From assembly GCA_946965045.2 (NCBI GenBank), contig OX337230.1, positions 1,860,001-1,924,000 of the forward strand: a stretch of DNA of 64,000 nt, read 5' to 3'. Shown here in pieces: positions 34,901 through 45,016 of this stretch; positions within the stretch are counted from its first letter, which is position 1, and each line of letters begins with the position of its first letter. Source of the DNA: Epithemia pelagica. Its lineage: Eukaryota > Protista > Bacillariophyta. Position numbers and translations under genes: made by a program. The notes under the pieces were generated by a model. That model was not told the origin of the DNA. It ran no database searches and saw nothing but the letters and a program-made list of their open reading frames with translations.

Positions 34901-35267
34901 GATTTTGGTAACAGAAAAACTGGTACTCCAGCTTTCTCTTGATTGCCCGGTTGGCGGGTTGGCGTTTTTGACTCTGAATGCCCATTTTCTCGGAGTCTTC
35001 CATTTCTTGTTCCACTCTTCGTGCGTCTTGGGAGTACACGAAGCAGCGGTAAAAGTATGGATCCAACGATGACCGTTTGTCAGCGGTGGTGGTTTCCGTC
35101 AGTTGAGACGACTCTTTCGAGAAGCTCACGTTATGGGTCAACTCATGAGAGAAGCCCGGATCTGTCAGTTGAGACGACTCTTTCGAGAAGCTCATGTTAG
35201 CATGGGTCGACTCGTGAGAGAAGCCCGGTTGGCCATTAAAGCCCATAATAGACTCTTCCTCTTCCAT
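31902..35267 (-). CDS. Putative DDE transposase of the C/DxxH clade (DUF6729-associated / Dada- or MULE-related)
   Basis: CxxC..H..H..C and CPSC...CTHC zinc motifs; QDHT (D1), GEIASACLV, YSDTWP (D2), RLGLYHFLQR (DxxH position) and RCESKIEAYHDHL (E). Probable ATG at 35267. The TAG at 31902-31904 looks premature. Confidence 0.6.
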   Translation of the reverse strand: MEEEESIMGFNGQPGFSHESTHANMSFSKESSQLTDPGFSHELTHNVSFSKESSQLTETTTADKRSSLDPYFYRCFVYSQDARRVEQEMEDSEKMGIQSQKRQPANRAIKRKLEYQFFCYQNQNRMKGGPGANPFKYEGKAFGPLINCAVCVAESKGTKKPHRGHHPQCPKNRKTKGRKSANDVYFDEKAKQLAAVNGESFEGTFTNVSDLPPETREYAQKMVAPQRTDHSNLHDAVRDAMADPEFVSSSSDKKTGAPLAIMAVVRHLVNHKEKGWYEPNTLEFKIPIVRTGNYINPHYHAIEGQVIYNVCWEDQFPGLQIDCPSCGKGKLRRDRTNFSKNKKLFAIFKLGTVPGWAIVMTYKCTHCGLRYEANDAAVLSVLPIHIRKAYPVDPKYADNTMTFHIDKGLSQILEELMLTYGNGDKVSKMIFNALTKQYSDRFTEYLSEWKNIRMLSQIEGPTPLYPLLFGEFITTYPPSGETLRNLFESASKWSRTPYGISDCDRCTRETQSVTTLHMFAQDHTMEATKNYRKALGAHAVWDAAAETGEIASACLVPDTKTSSFAHAAESLARRSGFQPIAMYSDTWPAKVKFWKLLFGDDFEGRLGLYHFLQRIIKTMRQGHNLYHKALTDLLQCVYGFEKESYNTLLNALKTGKMGRDGVAYTMSEILEMQDTPEFRRRFAKYLMKEIHPPMVIEHNLQKWFDQYKGSEDPRTGKKLFTVDTQTAVVEQMKNAAYIQDTVPLKDVYRVVKPTAATKQECNEYPSLRCESKIEAYHDHLAHFGNCGMNANLCDALNLIGTAKYNVKIRHKLRMSNDSDSSTAAESVPMGWKTEPDFYNHCELIFANGLAEQVDYPILPFPFARPLPEDNGEVFFAKYMVEQNDRDDQYPRSGLSDRCHCPSCGNNEVPLSHERKQPPILPVEGQVLAKKRPCPTEDNDTPVSRSTFAKMLDTSMTSMETETTLGSQDTVTVFPTPDQPRPSPQNTVDRILNASFNSAETEETVTVVMSQESSQSGVKEEDAFCRPVNSQVSSVASSAGSKRIENPYKRPRIGKIPMMPFNKHKSPPLIIAKGTKSSPIEINESQEKTPVSVESSTWSLSDISRTKRPKAQHKVCCAAFLE

Positions 35268-35852
35268 CCCTCTTAGTTTTTGTTTTGTTTTTAGAATTAT
35301 GAACTTAGTTGTGTGTTTTGTTTGTTTCGTGAGAGATGAGGAGGGAATTTTTGTGATTGGCATTTTCTGGTGAACTCGGATGGGAATCGGCAAGTTCCGA
35401 ATTCCATCCGACCGGGACCACCGACTTTGAAATATTGAATAGTGTTACTTAGACGTTTTTAATAGCTAATTGGATCGCCATTGGATTTTTTTAGACTAAT
35501 TATTAGTGTTGATCCGACAGTTGGTTGACAGTTGGAGGATAGTGACAGGGGGGAAAAGGCACCAATCAGATCGCTGCCTCCAGCAGAGTAGAGGTGGGTA
35601 GCTAGCATGCTCTACGTGCATCTCTCTTAGAGAGGTAGCCTTACTCCTCTAGCTCTGTAGCTACCTACTCTACTAAGCTTGAGACTGAGACCGTATGAAG
35701 TCATTATTCGGGAACCATGGGTCATACCGTGACTGTGGCTGTCGGAAGACCGTGGTTGTGTCCCCCAAAGAAAGTGATCATTCCTGATTGTCGATGGAAA
35801 GGGCACAATCTTTTTGTATTTGTGGAAGCTCTCTGTCTATTGTTTGAAGAAG

Positions 35853-38007
35853 ATGGGGTCAAAAGCACAACTGTTCTTGCTGTCACTTCTGTGGACGGCG
35901 ACACGAACTGTCTTGGGATTTTACGTACCGGGTGTGGCCCCTTTGACATTCCGGTCGGGCCAAACAGTTCCCATGAAAGTGAACGCTCTTACGAGCACGA
36001 AAACTCAGATTCCTCGGGACTACTACCGTTTGCCCTTTTGCGCTCCGGACGGAGGACCGAAAATGGCGTCGGAGAACTTGGGGGAATTCTTAACGGGAAA
36101 CAAAATTCAGTCATCACCCTACGTTATCAATATGCGCACCGAAGTACATTGTGCAAAGGTAAGAGAAGCCGTGCGACTATGATGTGCGATCTCTTTTGTT
36201 TTGATTGATTCGCCACTCGTTCAATATTTAGTTCACTCATGATTGGCATGGTGTGCTCTTTCCGCGTACTTGTGAATTGATAGCTTTGTCAAGTAACTTT
36301 GGGACCGAAGGACGCCCTAAAATTGGGAAAGCACATCATTCATGGATACCGAAACAATTGGATTATTGACAACCTTCCTTCAGCTGCTATCGGTGTTGGG
36401 AAGAAAGGTGAACCTCTTAAGCGATATGCTGGTGGTTTTCCGATTGGATTTCTTGCTTCAGACAATAAAATACCGCATGTATACAACCATGTGAACATCA
36501 ACATCGACTATCATAAGTACGAAGAGGATGGATATCGCGTTGTCGGATTTGCTGTTGAGCCGCTCTCGGCTAAGCATGAGTTCGAGGGTAACTATAATTG
36601 GGATGGGAAAAGCGATGAAGGCATGCAAAAAGCTCTCAAGACATGCCCTACGAACAAGCCTTTGACTCGCGGCTCTATCAAAACAGCTCAAGTGGTCAAG
36701 GATAAGGAAAAGATTATCTACACGTATTCTGTAACATGGACTGAAAGCGACATTGAATGGTCATCACGTTGGGATGTCTACCTTTCAGAAGACCACCTGG
36801 TCCCAGCCCAGGTTCATTGGTATTCCATTACAAACTCTATTCTGGTGGTTGTATTTTTGTCGTTTTTGGTTGTAAGCGTCCTGGTGAGAAACCTTCGACG
36901 TGATATCGCTGCATACAATGCTCTTTCTGCGATCGCAGATGAAGAAGAAGAAGAGGAAAAGGAAGACGAGAAAGGGTGGAAACTTGTACATGCGGATGTC
37001 TTTCGACCACCTCAGACGCAACCCATGCTATATTGTGTATTCTTGGGCTCAGGATCACAACTCCTTGTCACGGTCCTCTCGGCCATCCTTCTCTCGGCTG
37101 TGGGATTCTTGAGCCCTGCTCGTCGTGGATCTCTGATGACTTTCTTTTTGGTTGTTTACATGCTGAGCGGTATTTTCGCTGGGTATCTTAGCTCGAGGCT
37201 CTACAAGGCATTTCGTGGACGACAATGGCAGCTCTGTACTGTCATGACTGCTCTTCTGTTTCCAGGAATTGCCTTTGGCATCTTTGTATTTTTCAATATT
37301 ATTCTTTTCTTCTTGCACTCGTCCGCAAGTGCTCCCTTCTTGGATGTCATTATTGTCGCCGCAATGTGGTGCTGCGTCAGCACTCCACTTGTGTTTGTTG
37401 GTGCCTACTTTGGGTACAAGGCTGAAGCCATCGAATTTCCAACTGTCACATCTACCATTGCTCGAGCAATTCCAGAACCAACCAATATTTTTATGCAACC
37501 AAAGGTGGCGATCATCTTTGCTGGCGCCATTCCTTTCGTTGCCGCCTACGTGGAACTGTTTTTCATCATGACAAGTCTCTGGATGGACCAGTTTTACTAT
37601 GTGTTCGGATTCACACTCATGGTATACTTGATTATGATAATCACTTGCGCGGAAATCACAGTGTTATTGGTCTATTATCAGCTGTGTGCGGAGAACCATC
37701 GATGGTGTGTTATCGCTATCTCTCATGTGTTTCTGATTGAACTGGCGCCACTAACGAAATTCTACTCGGTTGCTTTAGGTGGTGGTTCTCTTTCTTCGCC
37801 GGAGGGTCATCCGCTGGTTTTACGTTCATTTATTCCATATTCTGGTTCCGGCAGCTTGCTGCCTCTCGTATGCTGATGACATATCTTTTGTACTTTGGAT
37901 ACATGTTTTTGATTTGCTTCGGAATCCTTTTGACATTTGGTACAGTGGGTGCCCTCACATCTCTCTGGTTCGTACGGAAGATATTTGGAACCATTAAAGT
38001 TGATTAG
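35853..38007 (+). CDS. TM9SF: Transmembrane 9 superfamily (nonaspanin/EMP70) protein (introns 36159-36283 and 37705-37778)
   Basis: Signal peptide followed by FYVPGVAP, ENLGEFL.G.KI..SPY, NWIIDNLP, GWKLVHADVFRPP, spliced ENHRWWWFSF and FVRKIFGTIKVD*. Confidence 0.95.
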
Positions 38008-38470
38008 GGGACTTCTTCTGGGCCATGATTGTGGAACAAGTCACTTAGATAACTTCATCGATGGAAGGAGAAGCAATCATATATACATGTGATCCACAGG
38101 AATGACAAAGACTGTTGAGTGATCAGACATTACATTACCTGCACAAAATCATTAGGAGTAAGATCCGAGGAATAGACCTACTAGGTAGTTTGACGTGAAC
38201 TATGTTCCTCTGTCAGTCCAAGCTAGGAGTAAGGAGTAACTATCGGAGGAGATCGTGCAACACGTACGCTGAACGCGTAGTCTTTGTATCTCCATCCAGT
38301 GAGCGCTGGCGCACTTCTTAGCGAGTCTGGCCCAGGATCTACCTACACCAATAAGAATTTTATACAAAATACGTTATTTTGTTGTGTGGTTCACATAAAG
38401 GGTGTACGACATCCGTCGGATCCTCCCAGCCGTCCGTCACGTCATTTGTACAAGCAAGAAGAGAGAGACC

Positions 38471-40158
38471 ATGAGTGAAGAGCAAGGCAACAACTACGGG
38501 TACGAAAATGGATGAAGTCGTCCTAATAACCTTACAGATTGCTATGCCGCGGTTTCCGATGAGCTGATAACGACCTGGTCGAGTTCCGAAAACATTGAAC
38601 AAAAGCGCGATGAGTTTCTCGTGCTGTCCGCTGGATGTGTATTTTGTAGCACGTTTCGTAGTGGAAGAGGTCGTTCGTTCGGGTGTTAATGGACGTTTAT
38701 GACTAAACCGTCTGTTTTTTATTTTCTCAGTGATGAACCTCCACGGGAGGGTGAAGGCGAGGGTGAAAGTCCTCCCGGAGAACTGACGGATGCCGACTTT
38801 GACTCCAACTGGGATGAAGCTATTGAAACCTTTGACGGTATGGATTTGCCAGAGGAGCTTCTTCGTGGAATCTACTCCTATGGTTTCGAAAAGCCATCCG
38901 CAATTCAACAGCGTGCGATTAAGCCAACCATGCTTGGACGTGACTTGATCGCTCAGGCGCAATCCGGAACGGTACGTCGTCCGCTTGTTGATTTGTTGTG
39001 CGAAAAGGAATGATATCATTCATTAATACACCATCTTTCGAGTCTGAAACGAGTCGTCCTCTGCGTGTCTGAGAATCATTCCATTTACTCGAAATATGAC
39101 CTTCCAGTCGACAGATATCGGTGGAATCGATTTATTTCCTCCACGCCGTCTCACTCCGTTTTTTCTTTTAACATATCCAGGGTAAAACGGCCACTTTTGC
39201 CATCGGAACGCTTGCCAAACTGGACCCTGGCACCAAGCAATGTCAATCTTTGATCCTGGCTCCAACGCGTGAGTTGGCCCAACAGATTCAAAAGGTTGTT
39301 CTGGCTCTCGGTGACTACATGGATATTGCGGTCCATGCATGTGTTGGAGGAACTGCCGTCCGTGATGACATTCGTACCCTTTCCAATGGTGTACACGTTG
39401 TTGTCGGAACCCCAGGGCGTGTTTCTGATATGATCAACCGAAGAGCTCTCAAATTGGATCACATCCGACAATTTTTCCTCGACGAAGCTGATGAGATGCT
39501 TTCTCGGGGTTTCAAGGATCAGATTTATGATATTTTCAAGTTCTTGCCAGAATCGGTCCAAGTATGTTTGTTCTCGGCCACTATGCCGTTGGATGTGTTG
39601 GAAGTCACGGAAAGGTTCATGCGGGAACCAGTTCGTATTCTCGTGAAGAAGGACGAGTTGACATTGGAGGGTATCAAGCAGTTCTACATTGCTGTAGATC
39701 GAGAAGAATGGAAGTTGGAGACGTTATGCGATCTTTATGAAACACTCACAATCACGCAGGCTATCATCTACTGCAACACCCGGCGCAAGGTCGACTGGTT
39801 GCAAGAAGAAATGCAGTCACGTGATTTCACTGTCTCCTGTATGCATGGTGACATGGATCAACGAGAGCGTGATATTATCATGCGGGAATTCCGTACTGGA
39901 TCGTCCCGTGTTCTCATTACCACAGATTTGTTGGCCCGTGGTATTGATGTTCAGCAAGTTTCCTTGGTGATCAACTTTGATCTCCCCACAAACCGAGAAA
40001 ACTACATCCATCGTATTGGACGATCTGGTCGGTTTGGTCGTAAGGGTGTTGCCATCAATTTTCTCACGGGAGAAGATGCTCGTTACTTGCGCGATATTGA
40101 ACAGTTTTACAACACTGAAATCGTGGAAATGCCTATGGATGTTGCTGACCTCATCTAG
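38471..40158 (+). CDS. eIF4A: Eukaryotic initiation factor 4A, DEAD-box helicase (introns 38500-38730 and 38972-39180)
   Basis: [56 protein letters not shown]. Confidence 0.96.
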
Positions 40159-40435
40159 GTCCTGTGGGTGTTCGAAAGAATGATCTCGTTCTGTTCATGT
40201 TTCTTTTCCATTCGATGAGATAGCCCTAATGTAATGTAAGTTTTCCAGCAGGAATTGGGATTAAAACTTTACATATTGTTTCAATTTTGATGGTTCGTAT
40301 AACTTACAAATATAGCGTTGAGGATGGGCGTGTCGACGATAGCTTCCGTCATTGTTTCCGGCACTTCTTCTTGTCGTCCCAGTAAGGAAGATCATGGAGA
40401 CGTGATGATGGTACGATGTGAGAGATAACACCAGC

Positions 40436-41297
40436 CTACGATGCAATGACAGGCGAGTTCTCCTGCAACATCTCACCACTGTCAACAATCGTAACCTTAG
40501 CACGTGGTTTGCCATTGTCGCTACCCAATTGCTCGATATTTTTAATGATCTCTTGGCCCTCTAGAACTCGTCCAAATACAACGTGCTTTCCATCAAGCCA
40601 CTGAGTTTTAACAGTTGTAATGAAGAACTGAGAACCATTGCTGTTAGGGCGTCCTTTGTTAGCCATAGAGAGCAGGTATGGTCGATTGTGTTGGACTTCA
40701 AAGCTTTCGTCCTCAATCAATTTTCCATCATAAACCGTCTCACCACCTGTCCCATCGTGATGAGTAAAGTCTCCTCCTTCGCGGATGTAAACGGAACCAG
40801 CCACAAATGAAAGGGAGTCAGCTGGTTGTCGTGTTGAGAGGACATGTAACTTGTAACTCACCTTGCATCATGAAATCTGGAATGATTCGATGAAATGTAG
40901 ATCCTTTATAGCACAGGGGCTTGCCTGACAGGGCACCATTCCCCTTGTCACAACGAATCAACGACATAAAATTGTAAACCAACTTCGGAGCAATCTCTCC
41001 GTACAAACCGAGCACAATTACTTCATTGAATTCCTTTGCTGAGCTTCCTGATGCATTGTCAACGTGCACTTTAATGTAAGCTTTGTGGGTTATTTTTGGC
41101 TCCTCTCTGAACAAAGTAAGCCAGCAAAATGTCTTGTGAGACGATCCTGGAATGAAGAGCAGGACTCTGGTTCTAGTCGCTCGAATGTCGACTCACGGTT
41201 TGGGATCCCTGTAGGGAGGATCGACTCTTTCCATTGGTACTTCATACGCATGAACCAAGAAGCAAAGTTGCAACGCAGCGAGGAAACATAGTTTCAT
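40436..41297 (-). CDS. Cyclophilin-type peptidyl-prolyl isomerase with signal peptide (3 exons)
   Basis: [17 protein letters not shown] signal; [38 protein letters not shown]...[12 protein letters not shown]; two GT-AG introns (~41196-41109 and ~40861-40780). Confidence 0.93.
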
Positions 41298-41644
41298 GGA
41301 CATCGTAACAAGGAGTTAAGTGTTCTAAGTTCTATGGATGAGGACAGGAGGGGGCGACTGACGATGAACGACGAAATGGGAACAACATGGGAAATGGGAT
41401 GCGCCGCAATTTTGTTGAGACTGCGAACTATTTTGTGGGCGCGTGGCGCGCGTGCAACCTTTTCGACCCGCACCATCACCATAGCTTTCGAGCTACTCCT
41501 AACTCCTAAAGGCTCACTTTAGTGTAGCTAGAGAGATAATCGCTCCATGTTGGACTCTTTACAAGTTCTCCATTGCACACCTTGCTCAAGCACAACTTTT
41601 CAGGAACCTAACTACCACGCTGAGGCTGAAGACAAATGGTTGCT

Positions 41645-42481
41645 ATGATGCGGTTATCAGGGGGCGTCCATAGATGGATCAATGCCGCAGCATCTTTGAC
41701 CAAGGCGGTTGTAACCAACGCAGAGAGGCTCATAACTGAACCACTACGGTGGTGGGAGGAGGGGTTGAGGGTTGTGGAGAGGGGGTGTGCACAGTCAAGG
41801 CGGTGCGTGAAATGCCAAGACCATGCGTGGAAGATGTTGTGCAAGCACAAGGGACCTCCCCGGTTGCAAAAAATAGTTTAACAAGAGCCTCCCGAAGGAG
41901 GCATATCATTGTTAAATGATATAGAACAGTTACTACACAAGATCAAAGCCAATAGGCGAAGAGAGATACGTAGGCTAGGCGCGCGAGATGTAGGCCGAAT
42001 GGACCAGGCCTTCAAACTCTAATCCGAGGCCTACTTGTAAAAGATATGAGGAAGATTGGTTCTAAGACTGCGTCACATCCACGACTCAGACTTCTACGAT
42101 CAGACCTCGCCAGAGGACTTGGTGTTTTTAATAGCCTCTAGAGCTAGCATTTCAGTAAGAAGAAATACATCAGAACTCTACTGCAGGGACCGTGCTGGAA
42201 TTGAAGATCGGATATAGTAATAGTAATTGTGGGCTTCCAAGCAAGTACGGCTTCCTTGGCGCTTCGATAAAAGGATAAAAGGCCTTTAAGTCCACCTTGT
42301 TGGTGTGGGACAGACGGGTCCAATTTCCCCAGGTGCTCTTGCACATTGCCGTTGGAGCGGATGGTCAGCTTGATCCCGAAGCGTTATTCGCAGATGAAAA
42401 TGAAAGACCGAACACTGATGTCTACTTATTCACCGGACCTTGTTCAGGAGAGCAGTTGTTCGTCTATATTAAATTGGTAGA
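41645..42481 (+). repeat. 5' copy of the ~838-bp LINE terminal direct repeat
   Basis: Matches 59119-59957 except G/T at 41948/59422, T/C at 42371/59847 and a 2-bp TA indel. Confidence 0.95.
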
Positions 42482-42853
42482 CTTTTTCAAAAAGTCCGAC
42501 GAGACAACCCCTACTAATTCAGCCTATAGTAACACTGTACCACGGTCTACGTGCAACCTACGACGACCATGGGCAAAACTCACCGGTAGCAAACCGTTCA
42601 GAAAAAGCATCCCTCTCCTCCGATCGATCCTTCACCGCTTCCCAACCGCAAGCCAACATCCATTGACCAGTTTTTCCCAACGAAAAGCGCGACGAAAGCC
42701 GCAAAAACAAAAGCCAAACCGACCGCATCCTTAAAACCAACTCCCCAGCGCGAGAAAACCGATCAGTCAACGATACCCGTACGGAAGACACCGCATAAAA
42801 ACGCCAGGAATGCACCAAACAGCAGCGGAACCAACGAATTAGCTGGCTCGACC

Positions 42854-45016
42854 ATGGTACCTTCCCAAGAGACCACTCCGTCACTATCCTCTACCCTGGC
42901 CAATGTTTCCCACAATTTTTTTGAACCACTTCAGCAAGAGGATGATGATCCCCTTCAAGATTCAGATGACTCTGTCCTGGACGACAGACCACCACAAGGG
43001 ACTACAGGCAAAATTAGAAGTATTAGGAAAACAAACCAAGATTCTCCCAAAGAACCAAAAGAGTCAAGGCAATTAGAGACCTCCAGGAAAACGGAAGCAC
43101 CACAACGACCATCCTCTCCATCTTTGCATCACTCCCAACCAGTTTCTCTGTCTGCCTCCCAGCAAGCCTCGGCAGCCATGAGCACCGATTCGGACGAGGA
43201 GTTTGAATTCAATTTTGGTACGGAAGAAGGGATCCACCCACCAACTCATGTCGATATCCGCGATGATGACACAGTAACTCAAACCAACACTGCTTCAGCT
43301 ACCCCTATTTTACGTCCCTTCCCAGCCAGACCATTCCAAATCCGTTGGGACTTAAAATTGACAATGATGCCTTCTGATAATCCTGTGGAGGATGTGATTA
43401 TGGCCTGCAAGGCAGTCATGCAACAGTTACAAGCAGTCGATCCTCAGGTTGTGATCTACCCTTGGACTGTTGAAGACGCAACGGGGACAGAAAAACTTCC
43501 CTCTATTTCAAAACCGGGGGATATTCCCACAGTTTTTGCAGACTTCCGCCAATACTTCCCTCGCCTGATCCCTAATCCCAAAGGGGGTGTGACATACACT
43601 TCCCTTTGGATTGGATCTGTGGTTCCCATTGCTAGGATTATGGAATCAGCCCGTTTCTGGTTTGATAGCCAGAAGCACTATCTCCTTCCTCGACACCTAC
43701 AATGTGAATCTCTTGCCTGCGTGGGTTGGCTTTTATACTCGGATAAAGACATGGACTGTCGGGTGCTCGAAGCGGCCATCACCGAAGAGATGGAATTCCC
43801 TATTGAGTGTCGTTGGCGCATCATATCATTAGGACGCTCCGGTCCAATGAAGGATGAAGACAAAGTGCAAGCCATCCACCTTATGGTCGATGCTCAGATC
43901 CGTGATGGAGCTGAAGAAGACCTTCAAGGCCTGTACTCATCGTCCGCATCAAAATTTCCTCTCGGGGTAACTATGCGTTTTGTGCCAATCCATGACAGGC
44001 ACACATCTCCACGTATAGCGCAAAAATGCAGAGAGTTATGGGCAAGGCAGCGTAACTTTGCAGCGAATATGGGACGCTGCCAATCGTGGGAAATAGCGTC
44101 CCTGGACTCCAAAGGAAGGCGCCACGGAAACACTCTGCGAGAGTTAATTATGTTTGTTTTCCGGTCAGCCCGCAACCCGGCAAGGAAACTGTTCCATAGT
44201 GTCGACCGACGTGACCCGAAGGGCCCAGTGAAATTTACCTTTCACCCGAGTGATGCTGATGAGGCACATGCAGCCAAAGCTGCACTAATACCCCGCTTAC
44301 GGTATCACTTGTGACAACACTTCAGCCTGGATCACCTGGAACCCCTGTCCCGAGCGGAAACAGACTTCCTCACCCCCGCCCTCTACAAATTCTTTACTCC
44401 AGCAGCTGTCAAACGCTCCATGAAATGTGAATAGGACCCGGACCAAGGCTGCTGTGTCTCCCATTTGGACTCCCACGTTGCTACCATTCTCACCGCGGAC
44501 CCCGAATTCCATTTTTGCGAAGTTGACATGTCAGGGGTCGAAGGATCACAACAAGTCGGGGTAGACTCCATCCAACGAAGAGTTGACCGTCAAATGTCGG
44601 TCCCTGAGGCAAGCCCTCCACCTCAGTATCAAGGTGGAGAATCGGACTCAGTCTCCACATTCCGGGAAGGTCAAGGTACACCTACTCCAAGAGCCGAGGC
44701 AGCCCAGCACAGCATGACAATGTCAGTCCTAGATGGTGGGGCATCCGTCCAGTCCGGCATGACCTTATCATCTTTAGCAACAACCGTGGTAACACTACAG
44801 GGGGACTTGACTGCGGTGAAAGACTCCCTGGCCACGTTGGTCACCCAATTTCAAGCAGCCATATCTACCATGCCCAAAGCACAACCACAAGATAGTCATA
44901 CAGCTGGCTCGGCTGGACACCAGCATAGGCCCGTTGAGGACACACAAATGACCGAAGCAAGCTCAACCACTCCTTCCCACTCTTTGCACAAGCCGGGGAG
45001 TGGGGATCCTCCCTAA
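42854..45016 (+). pseudogene. LINE ORF1 (~720 codons) with two in-frame nonsense codons
   Basis: ORFs 42854-44314 and 44465-45016 share a frame; stops are TGA 44312-44314 and TAG 44432-44434. Motifs IYPW, GWLLYS, WR.I, FPLG..MRF and LFHSVD are as expected for diatom LINE ORF1. Confidence 0.7.

Larger units (their letters stand above)
28300..35500. mobile_element. Putative ~7-kb DNA transposon with two convergent ORFs and internal repeat arrays; termini not resolved
   Basis: Transposase-like ORF 31902-35393 (-), disrupted ORF 29664-31284 (+), repeat arrays at 29.0, 29.3-29.6 and 31.45-31.76 kb, and no host-type genes. Boundaries are approximate. Confidence 0.55.

Noticed and set aside
28365-35603. 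13-bp inverted match AGCTACCCACCTC (28365-28377) / GAGGTGGGTAGCT (35591-35603) as TIRs of the large transposon
   Set aside because: It does not extend and has no flanking TSD. Similar TAGCT/GTAGAG-rich tracts occur in ordinary promoters of this window (e.g. ~2630, ~38200, ~41500).
41608-42734. Short ORFs duplicated in the LINE terminal repeats (also 59100-60036) and in the copia LTRs (47946-48230, 55549-55833)
   Set aside because: They exist twice only because the repeats are duplicated; they cross repeat boundaries and lack motifs.
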